Part shown: positions 37,374-48,500 of the stretch, one piece after another
Position numbering within the stretch: position 1 is the stretch's first letter
Layout of the letters: each line of letters opens with the position of its first letter
Origin: Lytechinus pictus
Lineage: Eukaryota
DNA length: 64,000 bases
Assembly (NCBI RefSeq): GCF_037042905.1
Contig: NC_087245.1
Span: 11,286,001 to 11,350,000, forward strand
Direction: 5' to 3'
Program-made: the position numbers and the translations under genes
Notes under the pieces: model-generated
Databases searched by the model: none
What the model saw: only the letters and a program-made list of their open reading frames with translations
What the model was told of the DNA's origin: nothing

Positions 37374-40164
37374 GTAAGTTGATTTATTTTAAAATCGTAT
37401 CGACTAGCGAGTATTGAACTTATCTTGAGACTTGATCTAGATCAGATCATCAGTCTTACATACACTCTTAGTCTTACTATAATTAAGCGATGTAGATCTA
37501 AGGGTTCTCAATAACTGATTGAATGAGCGAATTTTTTGTTTGGTATTTATTAAAACAAATGGTTGATGAACCTAGTACATGTAGTAAACAGTGAAAAAAA
37601 GGGGGAGACACTAGTATTTATATTGTAACTTAATATAACCTCCAAACTTTGCCTGGCTTTGGTCCAAATACAGTCCAAAACTGAACACTCCCACTAGCTC
37701 CCAGTTAATAACTTGATCTTGATGATCTCTGCAATTGCTATCAACAACATGAAAAAGAGGACAAGAGGTTGTCTAAATAAAAAATGTTAGAAGTAAATAA
37801 AAATGTAGGCCTAGAAGGCTAGATCTTGTAATACTAATTCAAATAGATCTCGGGTTTAACATTCTCATGAATGTTTAAACTGTTGGATCTGGACTAGACA
37901 GCTGGCAGCCGTCTGTTTCGAGGAGGATTTTAACATTTTTTTATTTTTTTTATTTCTCCTTGTACACAGACGGCTTGCTATCATGCAGCCACCATTAGGG
38001 GGTTAACAATGCAAAATCCCCTGACGGGGCTCATCGATTTTTGTCTTTATTTCATAAAAATATATAAAAAGAACCACCAAAATAAAGATTATTATTCGGT
38101 TTTGGCCTGAAATGCACCAAAACAGGGAAAATAGACTTAAATGGGGAAAAAACAGTGACTTACTTCGGGTGTCGCGCAACTTCACTTCCCTGTTTTATCT
38201 GAACTTAATACATAAACATATGGCCATTGAGTCCCTGTACAGATCGAGCTAGAACTTCGGTCTCTGTATTTGGTGAGTAGAGCCAACAGAGTTCAGCGGA
38301 ACAACCAACATAACAGAGACTGAAGCTTTTGGTCTAGATCTAGACTAGATCTAGTTTTTGTTATGTCATGATTAAGTAAATTTAAAGACTATTGTGGATA
38401 TTTGGACAGTCTGACCCTGGCTTTACTGCAGCATCCTGAACATCATGATCATGTCATGTTTGTGGTGGTGTCTCAGCCTCAGCTCTCAGGGTAGATCTAC
38501 CTATCCCTGAATTGCTTGATGATGGGATTTTTTAAAGATTAATACCCTTGACGGGAAGAGTTCCTTTTGGGACAGCCACGAAAAAATGAAAATAAAAATA
38601 TGGAGAAGGTTCAAAATAATATATCTAGCCCTATTAAACATAGAACATATATGATAGGAGAGTAGAAATACATACCAAAATATGGCTTTATTCTGTGAAA
38701 ATTTTGAAGCAGAATCAAGTGTGTGTAATTGTCCTTCCATAGACATCTTTTATTTAGTCAGTAAAGGGTCTGAAAGCCTAGACTAGTCGAACAATCGGTT
38801 TATCATCACTAAAAAACAACTTCCGGTATCAGCGTTTCTCGCTAGCATAGTGGGAAGAATCTTGACTGCAATTACAACGATATGAGTTTGAGTCCCAGCT
38901 AAGGTAAAAAAACACTATAAAAAAAAAATGAACCGGAAGTCTCAACAATCTTTTGTTATTTTGGGTGGCTGTTACAAGAGAAACTCTTTCCCCATTGACA
39001 ATTTTCTAGGCTAAATTTTCCACCCCCAAAAAATGTTGAAAATAAGTGAACAGTTCAACAGGGCATAAATTTTACCCAAGGAAACTTGGTTTTAAAACCT
39101 GTTGCATACATGTGTGAATAAATGCACAGTGATTAAGCACTCCTTTCCTCTTTCTGGAGGTAAAGTGGGCAACGGCGTAGCCAGAAATTAATTTTGGAGG
39201 GGGCGGTAAGTGCAATTGAAGTGTGCCAACACTCCAGAACGCGTATAACCCATTCTGTTGCAGTGGCTGCAGAACAGGGGATTGTCACTATGTATTCTAT
39301 TCTGCATTCCTGTTTTGTGTTGAGGAAGTTGATTTAAATTAAGAAAAAAAACAATATCAGAATTTATTTAAGAAATACGAATACTGAGCAGGCTTCAGTG
39401 ATTTTATTGACCTTCCATTGTTGAAAATTTGAAATCCATCAACACATTTCCGTTGTTTCCTCATACTCTGGTTCAGGAAGGGAAGACAGTTGAACCACAT
39501 ATACTGGTTGTTGTATTTGTATGCATATTTTGTAAATTGAATGATGGTTGAAAAAAATTAAATAGAAAACATTTGATTTGAGTGGTAGTCAGGGTTGGCA
39601 CGTTTTAAACGGTGTGTTTTAAAACATGTTTTAAAACGCGTTTTAAAACACCTGGTTTTTTTACAAAAAACCGTGTTTTAAAACACCTCATAGACTTGTG
39701 TGTTATAAATATGCATGGATGTGATTTTACATGAATATACTTTTTTTCTTACAGGTTGTAAGTGGTATATTATTTTCTTCTAACTAAATCTCTTTCTCAC
39801 CACCACTCTTTTTCTCCTCTCTCTTTCCCCCCTTATTCTCCCCTTTTCCATTGCTTTGTCATGTTCCTTTCCTCCTGTTCAATTATGTAGATCAATCTAT
39901 ATATTCTCATTTTAACAAGCATTTGAGTGTTGTGCTCACTTTTAGACAGGGAAAGAAACACTATTTAAAATAAGCTCAAATATGTAATAGTAGTACTTGA
40001 ATGAAATGGAAGTGTTGCACATGCACAATAATATTTTGCAAATAGACAGTATAACTGACATTGTAACCTTGAGGTACACACGAAAGTAGGTGAAACTTTG
40101 CGCTTTGTAAAGATGAAGAAAAGTAGTTTAATTCAGAATAAGATAATCAGCTAGCAAACCTTAT

Positions 40165-40707
40165 AGGACAAATCCACCCCAAGAAAAAGGTATTATGCTG
40201 AAAATTTCATCAAAATCGGATGTAAAATAGTAAAGTGATGACATTTTAGAGTTTCGCTTAATTTCGCAAAACAGTTATATGCGCATCCTGGTTGGTATGC
40301 AAAGGAGGGGACTGATGACATCACTCACTATTTATTTTGTATGTCGTTATTTTCTCATTGTCATGTGAAATATATTTTTTTCCTCCCTGAACATGAGTGG
40401 AACTACCATTGTTTTAACATTTTTTGGTTCAGTTAAGTTGGTCATTATTATCAAATCTGTATAAATTGAAATATTTTATTGTTCAAACAATTAAAAAAAC
40501 AAAAGAAATAGTGAGTGAGGGACATCATCAACTCCCTCATTTGCACATCACTGAGTTGTTATAAATGTTTTGTGAAAAACAAGCGAAACTTTAAAATGTC
40601 ATAACTTTCTTATTTTACATCCGATTTCGATGAAATTTTCAGCATTATGCTTGTTTGAATTTTCTCTACTGATTCAAATCAGCATTTTTCTGGGGTGGAT
40701 TTGACCT
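40165..40707. mobile_element. Kolobok-like MITE (family of 10628-11229)
   Basis: TTAT|AGGACAAATCCACCCC...GGGGTGGATTTGACCT|TTAA. Confidence 0.8.
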
Positions 40708-40845
40708 TTAACCCTAACAATCCCAGGGGACTGTAATGGACCCCTTAATAATTTCTATGATAAATCCATAAGAACAGCAGGGCCACGCCATATTGTTCAA
40801 GACTATTTTTTGGATACATGCATGGATATGCGGTTATGATATTAC

Positions 40846-40877
40846 CATGGAGCTATCAACACATTGATAGCTCCATG
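40846..40877. mobile_element. 32-bp palindromic insert with 7-bp TSD
   Basis: ATATTAC|CATGGAGCTATCAACACATTGATAGCTCCATG|ATATTAC. Confidence 0.75.
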
Positions 40878-41159
40878 ATATTACACAAGTAAAGCCAATG
40901 CAAATTTTTCGCCAACATTTTATCTGTATCAATATTTGTACTTTTTGTTAATGATTGGAAAATTATTGCCAATAATTTCCATTAAAAAACGATAAAAAAC
41001 CCAAAAGTAACCACAAAACTGTACATAAAAAATTATTTAAAAAAACAGTTAAAACAAACATTGAAAAAAACAATTTGATTAAAACTCCTCAATTAAAGAA
41101 ATAAGCAGTTCAAGGGCCTAATATTTATAGATTTAAACCCAAACTTATATTTCATGCAC

Positions 41160-41392
41160 TTGTGGGTACCCGGTAGGATGTGAAAGTCATTGTAGCTTGT
41201 CCAGTACTGTGTGCGCCTCACTAGCGACTGACTGGAATACTACCCAGGGAGTGGAGGATGTGCATACATTGTGTGCGGGATGACTGATTGAATCTGATGA
41301 CTGGGTTAATAATATATCTGTATAGCGCTTAGACACGTCGTTCCAATGGATTAAGCGCTATATAAAAGCGGACTATTATTATCATTATTATT
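41160..41392 (+). mobile_element. 5'-truncated SINE (3' portion)
   Basis: GGGTACCCGGTAGG core shared with the 26.1-kb SINE, and a AAGCGCTATATAAAAGCGGACTATTATTATC tail. Confidence 0.6.
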
Positions 41393-41882
41393 ACTTAAAA
41401 TTTGTATAATTGATACAAATGAAATAAAGCATATTGAGTAAATGAAATTAAGCTTTGAAAGCCTATAGTCTATAGATTATGTTGTTTTCTTACATAGTGC
41501 AACTTCTTCTCACCCCTATAGATTGATAAGACTAAAAAAAACCTGAGACTACATGTATGAGGAATAAACTTATAAAATGTCAACTTAATTTTTTGGCATT
41601 CAATTTCCTTGATTTAGTAATTTTGGGAAAAATATGAACTTTTCTGTTGAAAATTCAGTAACAAAAATTGTAGTCATCTCTTATTACTCCAAAAATGTAA
41701 TTAAAACATCAAGAGCTTAAATCATATTGTATAAAGTGTATAATTTAATTGATTTACAGGAAAATTACATTGTTCGTTGGAAAAAAACGTTTTAAAACGA
41801 TTTAAAACGTTTTAAAACAATAAAAAACGTTTTATTTGTTTTTTTTAATAAAACACATTTTTTATTACAACCCTGGTACACC

Positions 41883-42089
41883 CAGGGGCGGATCCAGGAT
41901 TTTCCAAGGGGGCGGGCACATTTTTCTGAGGAAAAATTTGACAAGCAAAAAAACAAGGTCTTAACTTCCAAAAGGGGGGCACACTTCTGTTTTAATGGCG
42001 TTTTTACATTACAAATTTTAATTTTGCTTTTCAAAAGTGGGGGGCATGGGCCGGCTGTGCCCCCCCCCCCCCCTCTAGATCCGCCAGTT
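41883..42089. mobile_element. Short CAGGGGCGGATCC MITE
   Basis: TIRs CAGGGGCGGATCCAG / CTAGATCCGCCAG, near-perfect 8-bp TSD GGTACACC/GATACACC. Confidence 0.65.
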
Positions 42090-42256
42090 GATACACCTAC
42101 ATGTATTCAATTTCATTTCAATCATAGTGTTGTTGATAAAAAACATCAGCAGGGTACAGCCTAATTGTAGATTTTTTTTTTCAAAATGTAACTTTTGGCC
42201 TGTTCAATTTTTTATTTTGTATTTGCAGAATCTCAGCTGAAGAAAACATTTCCATA

Positions 42257-42577
42257 ATGCCATCCAACTCAAATGACCGAGATCTTGAAGCCATGGCTGA
42301 TACTGCACGTACCAGCCACCCAACAATGCTTGTTCATGCTCATTCCAGCCAATATAGAGGAGGTTCTGTTGGTATTGGGGCCCAGCTCACCCCAGCAGGT
42401 AGCTATGTACCCCTTACCCCCTCTGCCAATGCCTACCACAACTACAACTCCAGCGTTGGTAAGATGACTGGGCTTCTGCAAATTCTTTGTGGCTCAGTAT
42501 CATCTGTGATGGGGCTACTGGCCCTGGTGTTGCATTCACACAAATACTTCATGGATCTACCCTTGTGGGCTGGACTG
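42257..42577 (+). CDS. MS4A-like paralog 2, coding exon 1
   Basis: Acceptor tttgcag ends at 42228, ATG at 42257, donor GTGAGT at 42578. Confidence 0.85.
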
Positions 42578-45500
42578 GTGAGTCCATTTATTTTGGTGAA
42601 TTTTTGAGCACATGCACAGTTGATCTGTGATCTCTCAAACATAAGCACTGATGTCCTTATACAATAAAGCTGGAAAACCATGTTGAAGATGAAAGGGGGG
42701 TACCTTCATATTGTTATTGTCTTTACTTTTTTCTCCCCCTTCTCAGTTTTTGGTCATTGTATGCTCATCCATATATGCAGAGATTATGGGATGATTCATA
42801 CCGTATTCCTTGGAACCTGTAAATAACTTAAATACTGTGAATCCAGTTTGTATGTGTTGCTATGTTTGTAAATCTCTGACAAGACCTAAGGTTACCAAAA
42901 TCAGCCACTGTTTTCAAACTATATGCATAAAATCTTCTCCTACGGCGGCCGTACGGCGAGTCAAAACGGCCGTTTTAACATGTTTATGTATCAGCTACAT
43001 ATGAAGAGCTCACTTGCAAAAGGGGTTAGGTCCATTTTTCATCAAATTTGATTTTTTTTTTTTTGGTCTCGATGTATAGATTTTTAGTAGCTCTATAAGA
43101 TGATACCAAAGAAAAGTTGAAATTCCTAATTAAAAGTTATCAAAAATGGCAAAGAAAAATCACTTTTTTTTCAAAAGGGGTTAGGTCCATTTCAGTTTAG
43201 TTGCAAATGGGATTAGGTCCACACCGAATTTTTTTGGAAAAGAATATTTTAAAAAATATGAAGGTAGATTTCTTTTTATACCCAATTTTATGTTGTCATG
43301 GTAGGGAATCTTGAAAATTTAGTTTCGCATAAGAATATGCAATATAGCAGAATAAAAAAAAATGATTTTCTTGGAGTGGACCTAAGCCCTTTTGCAAACA
43401 AACTCTTCTGAAGAGCTCATTTGTCAAAAGGGGTTAGGTCCATTGTTCATAAATTTTATTGTTTTCTGTCTCAAAACCTCTAAATTTTCAGTCGCTTTGA
43501 TGAAAACAAAGAAAATTTGAAATTTACATGAAAACGTGAAAAAAAGTGGAAAAGAAAAATCACTTTTTTAATCAAAATAGATTGGATTCATTTCAGTTTA
43601 CTTGCAAAAGGGCTTAGGTCCACAATGATAATTTTTAAAAGAATTTATAGAAAAAAATTGAAGACAGGTAGATTTCTTTTATAACCAATTTTATGTTCAC
43701 ATGAGAGGGTAGTACATCATGACAATTGAGTTTCTCTTAAGAATATTGCAGTAATAAAGTGAGAATAAAAAACTTGGTTTTTCTCAGAATGGTCCAAAGT
43801 GGACCTAAGCCCTTTTGCAACTAAACTCTTCATATACATGAAGGTGGTGTTAATATAAATGAATAAAATTGCCGTTTCGACTTGTTGTAAGGCCGCTGTA
43901 GGGGAAATGTGACTGCAGCATCAATAGGCCTACCCTTCAAAGAAAAGTTATTCTTTAAACTTAGCTTTGCTGAGGTTCACCAGACAAAGCAACAGATTTA
44001 CAAACAAACTTAATTAGGCCTGTTTATTCTGAATATGTGCTTACTTTTTAAACAGAGGATCTTGACTACCAGAAAGCTTGTAGAGGTTTTCCAGACATAG
44101 CAACAAGTATTGTAACTAGGCACTTCTTGATATTAAGCTTTAGCTTGACTATCTTTTTTAAAAGATTAAAAGTCCTGAGTGTATTTGACCTTTATAAACT
44201 ATCCCTTGGATCATTTATGTATTCTTGTCACAAAAAGATAATTCCTGAATCACTAAGCAGATATTTTTGTCTCAATACTACTACCCATTCTCACCAAACT
44301 TGTAGACAATTTGATTTTCACATGCCCTCTGTCCGTACTACTTTTACTAAAAAAACTATAATGTATTCAGGTCCCAAATTATGGAACTCTCTTCCCCCTA
44401 CACTTAAAAATAGTGTATCCCTTAATAGTTTTCAACGTCAGTACAAAGAAATTCTGTTAACAACGTTCGCATCCAATAACAACTAAGTAATTGTAACATG
44501 ACTATAATTTCTGTGTTGGCCCTTCTACACTTATTCTCACTAATTTCACTTGTCGATCTTCTGTGACCCTCCACATACGCTAGTCCTTTACCTTTTTTCT
44601 GTCATTTTCCTAAAAAGGCAAACACTTCATTTTAACTTTATTAATGTTTGTTTTTCCTTTGTATGCTTTTGTCTTTGCATGTTCTTTTTTGTATCCCTTC
44701 TTTTTCTTTCTTTACTGGGCTGGAACTTCTAAGATCCAACAGATCTTTAATGCCAGTCCACACACGAAGCCTGTTTTGTACACTAATACTGTATTATCAT
44801 TTTTGTTACTTTATTTTGTTCTTGTCATTATGTACAACAACATCCTTCAACTTTGTATTGTAACTATAGGATGTCATATTATACATTTAAAATGCAGAAA
44901 GAGGTAGCTGAGATTCTTAACAAAGTGCTGTAAGAAGTGGTACCTAGTAATCTGCTTGAAAAAAGAATATGTAGGTCAGGTCACTGCAAGGTAATCTGAT
45001 ATCAGTAAACTACTTCTTGAGTTGCACCCAAGTTTCAAGTAACATATTTTGGGGGTATTATTTCAATTTTTGTGAATTTATATAATAAAAGTTTCAATTG
45101 GAAACTTTTTCATGCTCGGTCAACTTGGATTCACTATTCAGATTTGTTGTGTTGGTCCTACCTGTAAGCTATTATCATTTTTTCTTCTCTATCGGGTATT
45201 TCCTTGTAATTTCTTTGGATATTTGAAAAAAAAATGTTTCTGATTTTTTTTCTTTTCTCCCAAATAGCTGTATCTCTTTGGAGGTGTATTTGGTGTGTCA
45301 ACTACAAAACAACAGACATTCATGGTAAATGCAATTTGATTTGTTCTTGTAAAGTCATCAGACCATTGGTAGTTTCTAGGCATTGGTGCTTTCAATCTCA
45401 GAAAAAATGGGAGCCATGTACCTCCCTTGAAAGACTGTGCAGCATAATGTATAAATCAAGTTTTGCACCCTTTTGAAAAAAGCCAAATGCTCACCAAACC

Positions 45501-48500
45501 ATTGAATATTAGGCTTAAATTTATTTCCAAATTGTAAAATAGGTCTGTTATAGCTGTGCTTGATGTGTACTCCTATATCGTGCATACACACATAGGTTTA
45601 GAACTTCTCAAGTGGAATGTATATAGGCCTACATAGCAAAGAAGTGTACTTTTTAATTTTAACTTAATTATTGGTGCCACAACATTTGCTCCTGCGACAT
45701 TTGCTCCGGTCTTAATATTTCAGAGGGCAAAGGGTTAGAGTTAGGATTGTGATTAGAGTTTTTGGTTCAGAATAATGTAAAGATCGCTATTAGGGTTTAT
45801 CAAGTTTTGGAGATTAGATTGTATGTGTGGCTTAACGTGCAGATTTTCCATCGGAGCAATTGTTGCCAGAGCAAATGTCATGGAACTTAATTATTATCTC
45901 ATTATGCATTAAAATTTATCATTTATTCCATGTTTTATATTATAGGTTGGTCTGTATCTAGTCTTTTCCATTGTCTCAAGTTTGTCATCTTCAGTGGTTG
46001 TTGTTACACAGGGTCATGCTACATTTATGGAAGCAAACACATGTGAATGTTCTATTTTACAGGTATGTACTTCCGCAATTGTCAAATTTCTTATGATGTT
46101 TTTTAATTTCATATTTTGTTTGATTTGTTTACACTTTTTGATTTATTATTCATTTATTTGTTTTTTTCATTCTTCCATTTATACATCCATCTATCCATTC
46201 ACTTTTTGTGAGGGGGGGGGGGGGAGGCAGAGGTAGACTTCCAGATGTGCCCCTGCTATTGAAACTCATTTTTTAAATAAGTATCAGGAAAACAAATATG
46301 CCAGTTTCTTTGAAAATAAATCTTGAAATGCAGGGTTATATTTGTTACCATTGAATGAAGATACTAATTCTATATGTGCACAGAATGTATTTGTTATTAA
46401 TTTCTTTTAGAGTTTTACATCAAATGTTGTTGGGCTTAAATCACAAATTTGATCTCTTTGTCCTGAATTTGTTAATAATTAATGTAGTGTCTGTAAAGTC
46501 CAGTGAGTATAACATTGCAGTATTTTGTGTTTAGTGTGCATTTTAAAACAAGTGTGAATCTCTTCTGCATCCCATAGTAATGCCCAAGTAATGCCTAGTA
46601 TGCAAGAGGTTAAAAGGGCAAGAGGAAAGGCCAATAATAAGAGTAAATGGTCTTATGTATGTCAAAATTATTTGTTCCCCTTCAGAACTTCCTTTTACTT
46701 AAATATAAAAATAAATATTCGGGAATATCCAGGGACATTTTATTTTCCCTGCACATAGTTGCATAGTCATCCTGTTTTGGTTTATTTTTAAGGATGTGAA
46801 TTTTGGCAGAGTTTCATGACTTGATATCAAATTCCCTCCAGAGATTCAGTGCTCATATAAGTAGGTCAGGGCCTTGGTCTTATAAAGAGTTGCAATAGGT
46901 TGAAATCGAACTCAAATTGTGATTGATCTACAGTGTAGATTTGTCTATTTGAGGGATAGGAATTGTAAATCAGTTGAAATTTGAGTTTTATTTATCTATT
47001 GCAGGTCTTTGTAAGGTGAGATTCAGTGTTGGTAGGCAAAATCTTGAATATGAACTTTAAATTTGATAGGCTCTCTTTAAAAAGGGTTCCAACTCTTATG
47101 GATAAGAAATAAAAATATATATTGTATACTCGAGAGTTGGTGACACAGTGATATTGGCTTTTACAAATTAATGCTTTTTATTTGCTTTCTTATTTATTAC
47201 TTGTTACTTTTTCTCTTTGGCCTTTGTCCTATTTTTAAATATTTTGTCTTTTTTTTTTTTTGGGGGGGGGGGTCTCTTTCTCCTTCCCTGATCACTTTTC
47301 TTCCCTCATTCATTTGTCTCACTCCCCCCTCTCTCTCACCCCTGTCAATTCATGCTTTCTTCCTTTCCATCATATCACCTTCCCTTCTCCTGTATCTCTC
47401 CTCCTTCCATTATCTTCAATCCACCCCTTTACCCCTTTTTCCATCCCTTTCCCGTTTCACTCTCCCTCCCTCTTTTCTATCCTCATATTAAACCAATCTC
47501 TCTACCTCTATTATCTTTCAGAGCACCCATATGTTGTACGATGCTACTGCTGCCCTAGTGTCATGCCTGGAGCTCCTCGTGACCTGTGTAGCCATCTATC
47601 ATTGCCTCTTAGGTCTTGGTTGTTGTAGCTGCTGCCAGGGTCCCATTCCCAGGGTAAGTCCATACGTGATGAGAGGTCTGGTATCTCCACACTTGATATC
47701 CAAGGAGGCTCAATTCACAATGGCAGAAATGTTGCTCTTAAATCTATTCAGTTGAAATATAGAAAAGGATCTTTTCAGAAAAATAGAAGCCAGCATGGAC
47801 AGTGTACATACAAGTGCGAGTAATACCTTTGCTTATTTGTGCTAGATCCATAATTTATCACCTGTTTTAAACCTGATGTTACTATATTTGTAGACTGTTT
47901 TGATGCCTGATCAAGGCATTATGCTTTGGGGTCATCCAGCCTTCCCTGATCAAATTTGTTTTAGGAGGTATCATGGTCAAAGGTCACAATTCAAATATCT
48001 TGTGCTTTTTGTTATAACTAAGGAATTGTTTAGTGGATCAACTTCAAACTTATTTCAATTTATACCATTGGATGGATGATGATATAGGGGTCACAATGTC
48101 AAAGGTCACAGAGGTCATAATATCTTGTTCTTGCGAGAAAAAAAGGAGCGTTCAAGGGACCAACTTCAAACTCTGCTTATTTATGCAGACATGAATTAGA
48201 GCAATTGAAAAAAAGTTGCAGATGAGATAGAGGTCTATAAGGTAATGGATGTCATATGTTGTTCTCATGATAATTGTTTGCTTAGTCATCTTCAAATATG
48301 GGGTTTAATATAATCTAATTAAATTTGGGGTCACAAGGTCGAATGTTACAGTGGTCATTATATGTATTTGAAAATTTTAGAATTGGATGGCTTTTTTATC
48401 ATTGATTTTTATTTTGTCTGACTTTGTGTATTTTTTTCAAAGCCAATTCATCTTTTATTTTCTTCTTTAAAAATGGCAATTAAAAATAACCATTTGACTG

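Larger units (their letters stand above)
39590..41875. mobile_element. Old hAT-like element with (GTTTTAAAAC) subterminal repeats, hosting nested insertions
   Basis: CAGGGTTGG...ACAACCCTG termini with subterminal TTTTAAAAC repeats at both ends. No TSD found. Confidence 0.5.
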
